From a virus, in IMG/VR virus record IMGVR_UViG_3300039208_000624: 64,000 nucleotides of DNA; one strand, written 5' to 3'. Shown piece after piece: positions 9,989 through 19,325 of this stretch. The stretch's first letter is position 1, and each line of letters opens with the position of its first letter. The translations under genes and the position numbers were made by a program. Under the pieces are notes generated by a model. The model was given only the letters and a program-made list of their open reading frames with translations. It ran no database searches and was not told where the DNA came from.

Positions 9989-10269
9989 GTAATTAATACC
10001 GCAGTTGAAGCAGAGCCAGCACCATCACTAACATCAACTTCTAAAATACCAGTGCACCCATTAGGGATTTTGATGGTTAGCGTAGCTTGATTGCCAGTTT
10101 GAACAGTTGTAATCGGCAAATCTTTATTGCCAATATAAGCACGAGAACAAAGAATTCCCGTGACGCAAGTGACGTCAAGACACACAGTAGTGCCTGCCGG
10201 AGCCGACACGGGGCCAGTAACACTTAGGGTGGTAAGGAAAATGACGGCAGCGATAATAGAACTAAGCAT
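9985..10269 (-). CDS. Small secreted beta-rich hypothetical protein (94 aa)
   Basis: Hydrophobic N-terminus MLSSIIAAVIFLTTLSV followed by alternating beta-strand segments. Confidence 0.6.
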   Translation of the reverse strand: MLSSIIAAVIFLTTLSVTGPVSAPAGTTVCLDVTCVTGILCSRAYIGNKDLPITTVQTGNQATLTIKIPNGCTGILEVDVSDGAGSASTAVLIT

Positions 10270-10271
10270 AT

Positions 10272-11402
10272 TTATTTCTCCAAAACAGCTTTATAACAAT
10301 TAACAAGTCCAGTAGTCACGCAGGAAGCTTCAAAATGTCTCATTGCTCGACGACGAGCAAGAATCGAAAACTCATCACGAAGTTCGGCGTTTGCCAACAG
10401 ATTCCAAAGAATCTCTGCATAATTATCATGGTGTGAAAAAGGAGCTACAAACCCCGCATCGCCAATGATTTCAGATTGCCCATTGTAAATCTGAGAAACA
10501 TGGCTGATTACAGGAACTCCATGCATCATCGCTTCTTGAATATTGCAAGGACAACATTCGCCGTCATGACGAGCATGAGCGTAAACATCAAGAGCAGTAT
10601 AGAACCGAGACAACTCAAAGTCGTCAATAATCGGGTCCATAAAGATGACTCTTTCACATCCAAGCTCTGAAGCAGTTTCACGCCACCTTTTACATCCATT
10701 GACCACCAGATAATACGCATTCGGAAAATGGTCCTGTGTGTTTGCCCAAGCTTTTAATGCAATAGGATCAAAGTTGTCAGGACGCCCAACACGTCCCACA
10801 AAGATCGACTCCTTCTTAGTAAGCTTGAAGGCATACCTTTCCTGTAAATCGCCAATTAATTCACGTTTTGCGTAAAAGTGTGCTTCTGGCCCAGGAATAT
10901 CAGGACGATAAGATGGCCTATCTGTAGGATTGAAAATCATAGGGCCATGTGGGTTGCCTAATCCTGTTGCACGATTTCTGATGTGTTCAGAGATGTAGAT
11001 GTTTATATCCACAATCCCTGTTATGTCTGCATTACCGAAGATATTCGTTTCCACCACTTTACATCCATCAGGAATCATTCCAGGCACAAGCGGCCACTCC
11101 GGATACCCAGATCGATGAACATGAAGGATGTCCGGCTTAATACCAGCAAGTACTTCAGCAAAATTGCTGGACAGAGGATAGTAGGGCGGACGAGCTGACG
11201 GAGCATGTTCGTGTTGATAAGGGACGACTCTGTCGTTCCCAAGGATGTCACGCACAATTTCAAGACGATCATCCGTATCGCCTTCTCGGTACATAAGAAA
11301 AGGCTCAACATCATTTTTTTCTAAAAGGTATTTGCAGAAAAGTTGTGCAACTCTATCAGTACCAGCATATCCAATTGTTTTCGAATGATGAACCACCCTC
11401 AT
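10272..11402 (-). CDS. GT4-like (GT-B) glycosyltransferase
   Basis: GYAGTDRVA, VGRVGRPD, DVYAHAR.DGE...NIQEAMMHGVPVISH. Confidence 0.88.
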   Translation of the reverse strand: MRVVHHSKTIGYAGTDRVAQLFCKYLLEKNDVEPFLMYREGDTDDRLEIVRDILGNDRVVPYQHEHAPSARPPYYPLSSNFAEVLAGIKPDILHVHRSGYPEWPLVPGMIPDGCKVVETNIFGNADITGIVDINIYISEHIRNRATGLGNPHGPMIFNPTDRPSYRPDIPGPEAHFYAKRELIGDLQERYAFKLTKKESIFVGRVGRPDNFDPIALKAWANTQDHFPNAYYLVVNGCKRWRETASELGCERVIFMDPIIDDFELSRFYTALDVYAHARHDGECCPCNIQEAMMHGVPVISHVSQIYNGQSEIIGDAGFVAPFSHHDNYAEILWNLLANAELRDEFSILARRRAMRHFEASCVTTGLVNCYKAVLEK

Positions 11403-11809
11403 CTAATGTACCCCTTTTGTCCCTTAATTACAGACACCTCAATACGAACGCCATTTCTTATTGCCACGTCCACAAAATCTTCAAGAGTGTATTTGTGAAC
11501 ATAATCTGCTGCTCCGCCGCACAAAATGTGGGCGGCGTCCAGAACCCTCATTGCATCATTGAATCCCTCGGGCCGCTCACGATTGGGTGCTTCAAGGCCA
11601 TTCACAAAGTTTATGAGATCCTCCTCAGTAAACAGAATGGTAATATCATCCATCCACTCAATGATATATTGATCGTCACCAGGAGTCTTCTTAATATACT
11701 TTACTGAGAATCCTCGATACTCTCCCCAGTACTCTTCCTCAACTGAAGAGCCGACAGTATTCCTGCTATGAAATCTCCAATCAATCTTTGTCTGGGTCAT
11801 AGTATTCAA
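11399..11809 (-). CDS. Hypothetical protein (136 aa)
   Basis: Continuous minus-strand ORF coupled to its neighbours. Confidence 0.65.
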   Translation of the reverse strand: MNTMTQTKIDWRFHSRNTVGSSVEEEYWGEYRGFSVKYIKKTPGDDQYIIEWMDDITILFTEEDLINFVNGLEAPNRERPEGFNDAMRVLDAAHILCGGAADYVHKYTLEDFVDVAIRNGVRIEVSVIKGQKGYIR

Positions 11810-12134
11810 TCTTCAGATTTTTCTCACGCATTGCTTCGTCAACACGCTTTTGAATTAATTCCTTTTCGCGAGCCAATTCGCCAGACCGACGAGCACACTC
11901 TCGCTTGTGCCAAACCTTGAATTTATCAGACTCACGCATTCTCTTGAAGGCTTGAATTTTATTTCTTGCCTGAGACCGCTCTTCTGTAGCCTCGCCGACT
12001 GCACCCGAATCCCGATGAGTGATGCGAATACCCGTGAATTTCTTATTCTTGTGTTGTCCGCCTGGACCAGAACCGCGTATAGGCTTTATATCAAGATCGG
12101 CCTTGGTAACAGAGAAAAGTAATTCCTTAGCCAC
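11781..12134 (-). CDS. Stand-alone peptide chain release factor-like protein (RF-1 catalytic domain with GGQ)
   Basis: RGSGPGGQHKNK...IRITH.DSGA.GEATEERSQARNK..AF. Start reassigned to GTG 12134 behind a GAGGAG RBS (ORF track 12170). Confidence 0.88.
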   Translation of the reverse strand: MAKELLFSVTKADLDIKPIRGSGPGGQHKNKKFTGIRITHRDSGAVGEATEERSQARNKIQAFKRMRESDKFKVWHKRECARRSGELAREKELIQKRVDEAMREKNLKIEYYDPDKD

Positions 12135-13179
12135 GAACCAACTCCTCGTAGATGCCTGCCAACTTGGCAATTACAGGATCGATATGATACTCCTTCTCGG
12201 CTTTCAATCTACCCTCAAAGCCTAATCCGCCACGCCTTCTTGACCCAATCTCCCACATCTCAATGATGGCCTGATGATAGGATTGTACAGATCCATCCGT
12301 CAATAGACCAGTCTTATCGTGCTCAACCAGTGTTGTCTGGCTTTGGAAAACCCCCATGCCTGGATGAGATGGGGTGGCTTTATGAGTGATGACCGGCAAC
12401 TCATGCATCATGGCTTCGGCAATATTGACTCCAAATGTCTCGCCATCAGCTCTATGATGGGCATACACATCCATTGAATTGTATGCCTTACTAAGAATGA
12501 TAGGATCTACCGTTGGCTCTACAACAGTGTACGATAAACCAAACTTGTCTAAATCCTCAATCATTCGTGGCGGCGGAGCCACGACAACCCAGTGGATTGG
12601 TATACCCTGATTTTTTGCAAGCATCGACGCTTGCACAGCAATCGGCGTATAGATTCCATCATCAGGCCGCCCAACTCTACCCAAGACCATTGTGTTGTGC
12701 GGCAGATTTAGATCAAGATTTCTATGAGTTCTTGGCTTAAGAACGGGATTATTCACAAAATCAAAACGTCTGTTTGGCTGCCGTCCCGCGGCCTGCATAA
12801 GCCACTCGCTCATGAATAGCGTCTTGCTCACGTAAGGACTGGGATCATGGAAACCGAAAACATTGGTTTCAACAAAAATATGATTGATTCCAATATCCTT
12901 GCCGGGCTGAGGAAACTCTGGGTAACCCGATCGGAATGCATGGAAAATGTCTGCCTGAAAATCTTCAGCGGCATCGGGCAGAGTTACTCCCTGCCTAATG
13001 CGATACAGATTAATATGTTCTGCATCGTAAAGATCTTGAAATCTATCTTGTTGACCTTTGCTTTCGTATGCGAAAGCAACATCAAATCTATCACGGGGCA
13101 AATGCCTGGCAAACAGAATAGCAGTTTTTTCGGTGCCACCAAGACCAAGATTTCGTAAATAGTAGAGCACTTTGATCAT
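12127..13179 (-). CDS. GT4-like (GT-B) glycosyltransferase
   Basis: LGLGGTEK, LGRVGRPD, DVYAHHRADGETFGVNIAEAMMHELPVI; clearly related to 10272..11402. Confidence 0.9.
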   Translation of the reverse strand: MIKVLYYLRNLGLGGTEKTAILFARHLPRDRFDVAFAYESKGQQDRFQDLYDAEHINLYRIRQGVTLPDAAEDFQADIFHAFRSGYPEFPQPGKDIGINHIFVETNVFGFHDPSPYVSKTLFMSEWLMQAAGRQPNRRFDFVNNPVLKPRTHRNLDLNLPHNTMVLGRVGRPDDGIYTPIAVQASMLAKNQGIPIHWVVVAPPPRMIEDLDKFGLSYTVVEPTVDPIILSKAYNSMDVYAHHRADGETFGVNIAEAMMHELPVITHKATPSHPGMGVFQSQTTLVEHDKTGLLTDGSVQSYHQAIIEMWEIGSRRRGGLGFEGRLKAEKEYHIDPVIAKLAGIYEELVRG

Positions 13180-13183
13180 AATG

Positions 13184-13672
13184 CTACATCACCATCACGT
13201 TGGTTGCTGCTGTAAACTGACATCCGCCAGAGAGAGTAGCGTCGATTACAACGGCTTGAAACCCCAACTCCACACCCGCCGACAACGGAGGAAGATTGAG
13301 GAATACAGGGGCCGTAGGATTTACTGGCCCAAACTGGTTGTAAGAATAAATAGAAATGGTGCCGGGAAATGTAAGGTTGATGTTGAGAAGTCCGCAGGGA
13401 GTTCCAGAAAAATCAGGCACGACCGGACCAAGTGACACGAAAGTCGTCAAAGACGAATTCGGAGTTCCTTGGGCAAAAAAGAGTGTTGAACTGACTTGAT
13501 TGGCTGGAATTGTAACCGAGTGTGGATAAACAATAGGGCCTGCGGGGAGCGGAAACGGAAACATACGAGCAGTGCCGATCACATCTGGCTGAAAACCGGG
13601 CATGGCTTGAGCTGAAGACGTTCCGCTGAAACAGAGAGTAGCAATGATGGCGAGAAATGCAAAAATACGCAT
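13184..13672 (-). CDS. Secreted beta-sandwich protein (signal peptide)
   Basis: MRIFAFLAIIATLCFSGTSSAQA signal peptide from ATG 13672 (ORF track 13753); C-terminal LGFQAVVID...T motif shared with 15212..15706. Confidence 0.65.
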   Translation of the reverse strand: MRIFAFLAIIATLCFSGTSSAQAMPGFQPDVIGTARMFPFPLPAGPIVYPHSVTIPANQVSSTLFFAQGTPNSSLTTFVSLGPVVPDFSGTPCGLLNINLTFPGTISIYSYNQFGPVNPTAPVFLNLPPLSAGVELGFQAVVIDATLSGGCQFTAATNVMVM

Positions 13673-13749
13673 AGTTATTTGTAATCCTTGTTGATTGTTT
13701 CTGCCTCTCCCGTTTCCCGTCTGCATAGTACCGCAGGCGTAGCAAAAAG

Positions 13750-14082
13750 TCAACCTTTAGGAATGTATTTTTGCTGCTCTGACTCCGGTAGGTCTTCAAA
13801 AGGGGTCATGTCCTCTGGCAAAAATTGCTCCCAATAAGCCGTCAAGCCGAGAAGCTTTTGAAGATTTTCTCGCAAAGTTTGATTGCCCTTAGTAAGCCCA
13901 AAGATAGAATCTATGCCTTGGGCGTGAATTCTTTTGCTTGCCTGAGCACTATAAGCATTAAGAGCATCAGAAAGACGAGTGCTTTCTACAGAAATCTGTG
14001 CCGCAGCTTGATCAAACGCCTCTTCCTTTAGTCTCTCAATCTCAGCAATTAAATCGTCGCGAGACATATCTTGGTATGACAT
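13750..14082 (-). CDS. Hypothetical protein (110 aa, helical)
   Basis: ORF fills the gap in the operon; N-terminal coiled-coil-like segment. Confidence 0.65.
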   Translation of the reverse strand: MSYQDMSRDDLIAEIERLKEEAFDQAAAQISVESTRLSDALNAYSAQASKRIHAQGIDSIFGLTKGNQTLRENLQKLLGLTAYWEQFLPEDMTPFEDLPESEQQKYIPKG

Positions 14083-14083
14083 A

Positions 14084-15202
14084 CTAACAAGATCCTACTA
14101 TATTACAACTTCCAAAATTTGCGAGACCTGCTTCATCCAGATCTACGTCAATGACTTCAGTAGGAGGACCTCCGTGAGAAACAGTCATACCATTATGATA
14201 CATTGCCATCCGAGGCTGGGCCTGACCAGTTTGACACAACCATATGTTGCCGTATGGTTCGCCAGCAAGAGCTTCACGATACGGGGCAACATCACGCCAA
14301 GTAGCTTGTCCTGGCATTTTGACAAGTCTCTCATCGCGATAATCAAACATAGGATGAGACTTAATAGCTTCTGGATGCTCCCCGTCAAAAAGTACATAAG
14401 GTTCTGTGCCATCAAACCAATCTTTTATCTTTTGATCGAAGGCTTTGTTAGCACCGCCGTGCTTGGCAAGCTCTTTATCATAATACTCTTGCTTGCCACG
14501 CATTACTTCATCCATATTCGCACGAGCATAACCGTAATGGAAGATGAAGAAGTTATCAAGCATAACTCTTCGAGGTTGATATTCTGGCGAGAAGTAGGTA
14601 CAGCGGCCAGCAGGATCAGTCACCACAGGATGAGTATGATACTGCATGCCCGCTGTAAATTTGAAAATTCGTTGATGCTGCGGCTGCCACTCAGGACCAG
14701 GAAACGCAATATGCTGAAAATCACGGTAGAAGTGAAGAAACAGCGGCACGAACTCAGTAGCATGAGGGTTCAGATCGATTGCTACCCGCAACCTTCTAAT
14801 GTCTTCGGGTTTATAAAGCTCGTCAGCATCATTGATGATCACCCAGTCACCCGGCATACACATCTGCAAAAACGTGTTCTTCATTTCCTCAAGATCTTTC
14901 CATGGCTTATTGATCTTGATGAACATGATCTTTTTGTCAGGATCTTTCTCTTTACGGAACCTCTCTACTATTTCAATTGTATCATCCGTAGAGTGCCCAT
15001 CATCTGTCGAATTGGGGCGATTTTCGACGGCCCCTTCAATCACAATGATCTGATCTACTTCGTCGTAAATCGACCCAAGAACGATTTCCGCAAACTCCGA
15101 CTCATTATGCATTTGTATACACTGAATAAGACGAGGCGGCTTGTTAACGCGTTCGGCAATCGAGGCCATTTGGGGAACATAAACTGGTTGTGGTTGATTC
15201 AT
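14084..15202 (-). CDS. GT2-like glycosyltransferase
   Basis: MHNESEF, DQIIVIEG, STDDT.EI, DWVIINDADELY, FFIFHYGY. Confidence 0.85.
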   Translation of the reverse strand: MNQPQPVYVPQMASIAERVNKPPRLIQCIQMHNESEFAEIVLGSIYDEVDQIIVIEGAVENRPNSTDDGHSTDDTIEIVERFRKEKDPDKKIMFIKINKPWKDLEEMKNTFLQMCMPGDWVIINDADELYKPEDIRRLRVAIDLNPHATEFVPLFLHFYRDFQHIAFPGPEWQPQHQRIFKFTAGMQYHTHPVVTDPAGRCTYFSPEYQPRRVMLDNFFIFHYGYARANMDEVMRGKQEYYDKELAKHGGANKAFDQKIKDWFDGTEPYVLFDGEHPEAIKSHPMFDYRDERLVKMPGQATWRDVAPYREALAGEPYGNIWLCQTGQAQPRMAMYHNGMTVSHGGPPTEVIDVDLDEAGLANFGSCNIVGSC

Positions 15203-15211
15203 TTTTGACTC

Positions 15212-15706
15212 TTAGGCATTTGGACTTACGGGCGTCATGATCTGAACCGGATTAGTCAGCTTGTATCCAAACGGAAGCTGTGACGAGATCAAAACTGCCT
15301 GAATTGTTAAGTCGAAATTGAACGGAAGAAACGAAACGTCAAACACGGTCACGTCAACTCCGCATAACGGACAGATCGGACCGACTAAATTATCGTATCC
15401 AATCATAATGCTGATGCAAGGAAACATACTAAGTACGCCTCCATTGAACTGCATACCGTTGAAATTGGCCGGTGCCGGCATAACTCCAAGATAGTAGCCG
15501 GCAAAAGAAGGTCCTTGCACAATCACTGACAAAGGCTGGTCAGGGTGATGAATGTAAAAAGTAGGGCTCGACGAACTCCCCGGATTAATCAAAACTGAAG
15601 TGCTATGATCAAGACTAAGATTAGCCTCCGGCGAAGGCGGCTCAAATTGACCAAAAGAGATGTTTGTCAAAATGAATAGAAGCGTTGCGAAGATTGTAGA
15701 CTTCAT
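15212..15706 (-). CDS. Secreted beta-sandwich protein (signal peptide)
   Basis: MKSTIFATLLFILTNISFGQ signal peptide; C-terminal LTIQAVLIS...LTNP motif. Confidence 0.65.
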   Translation of the reverse strand: MKSTIFATLLFILTNISFGQFEPPSPEANLSLDHSTSVLINPGSSSSPTFYIHHPDQPLSVIVQGPSFAGYYLGVMPAPANFNGMQFNGGVLSMFPCISIMIGYDNLVGPICPLCGVDVTVFDVSFLPFNFDLTIQAVLISSQLPFGYKLTNPVQIMTPVSPNA

Positions 15707-16950
15707 TGAGTTGCCTCCTTATTGATAATGATATCGCCAGTCAACTTCCATGATTCAAAAGCTTCAGCAATGATTGCGGCAATCTGTCCAGAAATCGCAC
15801 GGTAATCAAAAGCTTCAGAAACCTTGGCCGCCTTCTTTTGACGATTCAAAACAGACTCCCACTGCTCCCTGTTGCCTTCGGCAAACTCTTTCTTTTCCGC
15901 CTGCTGCTTTAACAAATGATAGTTTCGCATCATCATTGACATCTCGGCAGTAGACGGCTCAAACCATTGACATGTTCCATTAAAAAGTACGGGATCAGGG
16001 TGAGGCATGTCGTAACAAAGTGCCATTGATCCACCATAGACAATGGCTGATTCGTTGGTAACGAAATGCTCCATGCCGCCCCAAGGATGAGAAATTGTCA
16101 CATTGCCATGAGCCATGGCATCAAACACTGGAATTCCCCATCCCTCTCCACGAGAAGAACAGACATATACATCGCCCCTCTTATGAAGCCCATGAATCAT
16201 ATCGTCCGACACCGTACCAAGGATTGGAAGAACCGGAGGACGCTTTTCTACTGGAATACGAGCACCCTGCCAAACTCTATCAATGAATTGACGTACCGTA
16301 GTCTTCTCTTGTTCTAAATTCCTATTTGCCATACCAATGTATGTTTTTAAAACAAGCAAGACTTCATCGGGCCTATCAGCAAAAGCCGCATAGTAGCTTC
16401 GCAAAAGAGAATCGATGCCCTTCTTGGCGGAAAGCTGACAAATATTGTAGAACACTGTGCGTCCCTCGGCTTTCTTCCCGAGGTCGTACGGATCATATTC
16501 CTTGTCAAAAACATCCTTGTCGCAAGGGACAGGCATGTTGATGATCGGTTTTGTCACTCCACTACGTAACAGAGATTCGACATTCATGCGGCATGGAACG
16601 GCAATGGCATCGAAATTGTTGGCGTGTTGTGCCCAAGCACCGGGGATTCTGTCTGTTTCGAAAAACGAATACAGTATATTCATGCACCCTGGAACGGGCT
16701 GGGCTTCGGCGTTGGCTGTGGTCATTTGAATGACCGCGTCAACTCCTTTGGTGATGCTCTTTTCCATCAGCTTCTTGTGCCACTCGTCCGGCACAAACTC
16801 TTGCCCTTCATCAAGCTGATCGTAAATCAGCGGCCTGGCAACAAGATCGATATCCGAACAGTCCAAAGCACGCAAGAAATGTCGTGATGCATGCCCAAAG
16901 CCGCTAAAGTCATTGATAGGTCCACAAAATAGTAACTTCATTCCACCCAA
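15703..16950 (-). CDS. GT4-like (GT-B) glycosyltransferase
   Basis: SGFGHASR, FETDRIP..W...AN.FDAI.VP, KKGIDSLL, DVYVCSSRGEGWGIPVFDAMAHG. Confidence 0.9.
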   Translation of the reverse strand: MGGMKLLFCGPINDFSGFGHASRHFLRALDCSDIDLVARPLIYDQLDEGQEFVPDEWHKKLMEKSITKGVDAVIQMTTANAEAQPVPGCMNILYSFFETDRIPGAWAQHANNFDAIAVPCRMNVESLLRSGVTKPIINMPVPCDKDVFDKEYDPYDLGKKAEGRTVFYNICQLSAKKGIDSLLRSYYAAFADRPDEVLLVLKTYIGMANRNLEQEKTTVRQFIDRVWQGARIPVEKRPPVLPILGTVSDDMIHGLHKRGDVYVCSSRGEGWGIPVFDAMAHGNVTISHPWGGMEHFVTNESAIVYGGSMALCYDMPHPDPVLFNGTCQWFEPSTAEMSMMMRNYHLLKQQAEKKEFAEGNREQWESVLNRQKKAAKVSEAFDYRAISGQIAAIIAEAFESWKLTGDIIINKEATQ

Positions 16951-18755
16951 TCCTCAATAACGCCGACTTTCTTAGAAGACCCAGTGCCTTCAACTTCTGC
17001 CCTAATACGTTGACGCTGATTACCGGCGTCAGACTGCTGGTTGCCAAGAGCGACAAAGTGATTGAGTAATTGTTCTCTGGAAACTCCTTGACTTAGGTGC
17101 GACTTCCACATCTCGGCACCCTGCGGATCAATACGAGGATACTTGAGTACTTCAACGTAAAGCCACTCAAGATATTGATCATCGTTCAAGCCTTCCGGAA
17201 CATCTTTAGTTTCGATGGGCTCTGTTACCTCAATAGGGGAATCCCAAGTTACTTCTCTGGATTTCGGTGTAACATGATCAAAAACAAACTCCCACTGTCG
17301 CCAGATACGATCCCAATCATAGTTCGCTTCAACACATTCGCGTGCCTCTTTAGACATTCTCTTACGCTTTATCTCGTTCGAGAGCATCTCAAACATTTGA
17401 TCCGCAAGAATCTCCACATCTGGCAAAGCACGCTTACATGAAGTTTCTGGTTCGTAGTAGTAACGGCCAACAGGTGTTACGTCTCCACCCTTATGACAAG
17501 AATAGTTCTCTTCAGTAACTCCAGCTTTATCAAAATGAAGATAGTCCTTCGGGAACCTGCCCTTCTCACGCATCGCGGTATAATCAGGGACAAGCGTTGG
17601 AATACCGCAAGCCTTAGCTTCTTGGATGGGCATTCCGTCCCCCTCACAAATCGAACACTGCACATACACATCAAACAAATTGTACAGCTTGGCAAGCTCT
17701 TCACGAGAATATCCACCGCCAGTTGTTGGAGCGGTAGCAGCACGTTCTCCGCAGTGCGGACACGGCATTAAAATTGCCGGCGAATCTCCCACTCGTTCAA
17801 TAGGACGATTAAAGAGGCTCATAGCCCAAGCAATATGTTTTTCTCCACACTTGTGACACATCATGCTTTGGAGAATACTATCCTTGATACCCTTATAATG
17901 ATAAGGCATCCAATTGTAAGAATTCAGCCTCATGATATGGCGTGGATAATCATACGAGTGCTGATTATCAGGCCAGGTAGTGTGCAAAATCAACACTGCT
18001 TTATTCGCAATCGTCTCTCCTTCGTATTTTTTCTTCATACGAGAGAATGCGTCAATCAAATCAGGATACAGCTTACGACTTTGATTACGCATAACTGTCC
18101 CAATTACCGGGATATCATGATTCAGTCCAAAGTATTCGTGCACCTCTTTCTCATCCATTGGCTTGAATGTTTCAAGATCTACACCCGGTCGCATGGGAGT
18201 CGGAAATACTTTAGCTTTCACGCTTTGACGCTTCAGTGTAGAAATGCCGTAGTCTGAATATGACAAAACAAGATCGGCGTTTTCATAAGTGGCCATCCAC
18301 TCTTCCTTCTGCGGCTCGGCGTCCACAGTGGGCATAACAATCCACTTAAACCAAGGACGAAAGCATGAAACCTCCTGAAATTCCAACATCCACCAGTCAC
18401 GAATATCAACGACGATGTCGGGCTTGAAGTCTGCGACTACTCGATCAAAAAGCCATTCGCCAAACTGGTTGGTGTTCTGACCCATTGCCCTGGGACGAGG
18501 AGATGGCTGACTAAACACGGCCCATTCATGAGGGTTACTGTTGGCATCGCCAACAGGTTTGGCTGCATAGAATTTCCATCTGCCTTGAATGAAAGATTCT
18601 ACACGAGGATCATCTTGCGAAGCATAAGAACCAAGCTCCGCAATCTCGTATTTGCCTGTCTCAACAAGTCGAGGTAAAAGTTCTCGGTAGATAGTTGAAA
18701 AGCCCGTGCTCAAAAAACTGGCTTCGCCAACAAACAGGATTCTTTTCTTGATCAC
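16938..18755 (-). CDS. GT4-like glycosyltransferase with Zn-ribbon insert and C-terminal DUF4214-like domain
   Basis: STGFS, VMRNQSRKLYPDLI, DVYVQCSICEGDGMPIQEAKACGIP; insert CHKC...CPHC; tail WLYVEVLKYPRIDPQGAEMWKSHLSQGVSREQLLNHF. Confidence 0.88.
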   Translation of the reverse strand: MIKKRILFVGEASFLSTGFSTIYRELLPRLVETGKYEIAELGSYASQDDPRVESFIQGRWKFYAAKPVGDANSNPHEWAVFSQPSPRPRAMGQNTNQFGEWLFDRVVADFKPDIVVDIRDWWMLEFQEVSCFRPWFKWIVMPTVDAEPQKEEWMATYENADLVLSYSDYGISTLKRQSVKAKVFPTPMRPGVDLETFKPMDEKEVHEYFGLNHDIPVIGTVMRNQSRKLYPDLIDAFSRMKKKYEGETIANKAVLILHTTWPDNQHSYDYPRHIMRLNSYNWMPYHYKGIKDSILQSMMCHKCGEKHIAWAMSLFNRPIERVGDSPAILMPCPHCGERAATAPTTGGGYSREELAKLYNLFDVYVQCSICEGDGMPIQEAKACGIPTLVPDYTAMREKGRFPKDYLHFDKAGVTEENYSCHKGGDVTPVGRYYYEPETSCKRALPDVEILADQMFEMLSNEIKRKRMSKEARECVEANYDWDRIWRQWEFVFDHVTPKSREVTWDSPIEVTEPIETKDVPEGLNDDQYLEWLYVEVLKYPRIDPQGAEMWKSHLSQGVSREQLLNHFVALGNQQSDAGNQRQRIRAEVEGTGSSKKVGVIEDWVE

Positions 18756-19102
18756 TAATCCCTCTTCCTGTCCATGACTGTTATAATCTCTGCACGTGTA
18801 ACCTCGACACGCTCATTGCTTACAAACTCGTCGTCATCACGCCCAACAACGTTCACAAGCCTTCCTTGTAGCTTATCCGCTTTATGGCAACGATAAACAT
18901 ACTCCGCGTTTCCTCCCCAGCAGACCACTTTTCTAAAGATAGTGCGATACTTCCTCTTGCCTTGCTCATCTCTCTTACCAGTATCGTAATTGATTGCAAG
19001 AACTATAACCGCTTTAGAGGTGCGATCTTTAGACTCAAGGTTAAAGAAAAGCGGATTGTCTGCCACACGCCCCTGTTTACAGCTTTGAGCGTAATCAGCC
19101 AT
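18755..19102 (-). CDS. ssb: Single-stranded DNA-binding protein (OB fold)
   Basis: QGRVADNP...LAIN...TIFRKVVCWG.NAE.V....GRLVNVVGR; no acidic C-terminal tail. Confidence 0.7.
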   Translation of the reverse strand: MADYAQSCKQGRVADNPLFFNLESKDRTSKAVIVLAINYDTGKRDEQGKRKYRTIFRKVVCWGGNAEYVYRCHKADKLQGRLVNVVGRDDDEFVSNERVEVTRAEIITVMDRKRD

Positions 19103-19325
19103 TCGCCTTTTTCCTTGTTACCTGCTCTTTTTCAAACCACAATGTGGGTAGATTTATTGGGGAAAGAACTTTCCAGCCATCTTCGCCACGCTTAGCAAGC
19201 ACAGACTGTATGACCATATTAATAGCATTAATGCTATCTGGTGTCAAAAGCTGCATCTGAAGGGCTTGTATTTGATCTGGCGTAAGCGGAACGGTTTCGT
19301 GCTCGTAAATATACTTCTTTGCCAT
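19095..19325 (-). CDS. Hypothetical protein (76 aa)
   Basis: Fills the gap between dnaE and ssb; GEDGWKVLS segment. Confidence 0.65.
   Translation of the reverse strand: MAKKYIYEHETVPLTPDQIQALQMQLLTPDSINAINMVIQSVLAKRGEDGWKVLSPINLPTLWFEKEQVTRKKANG

Noticed and set aside
14174-15208. 344-aa plus-strand ORF
   Set aside because: Lies entirely opposite the GT2-like gene; typical antisense open frame, no domain signature.
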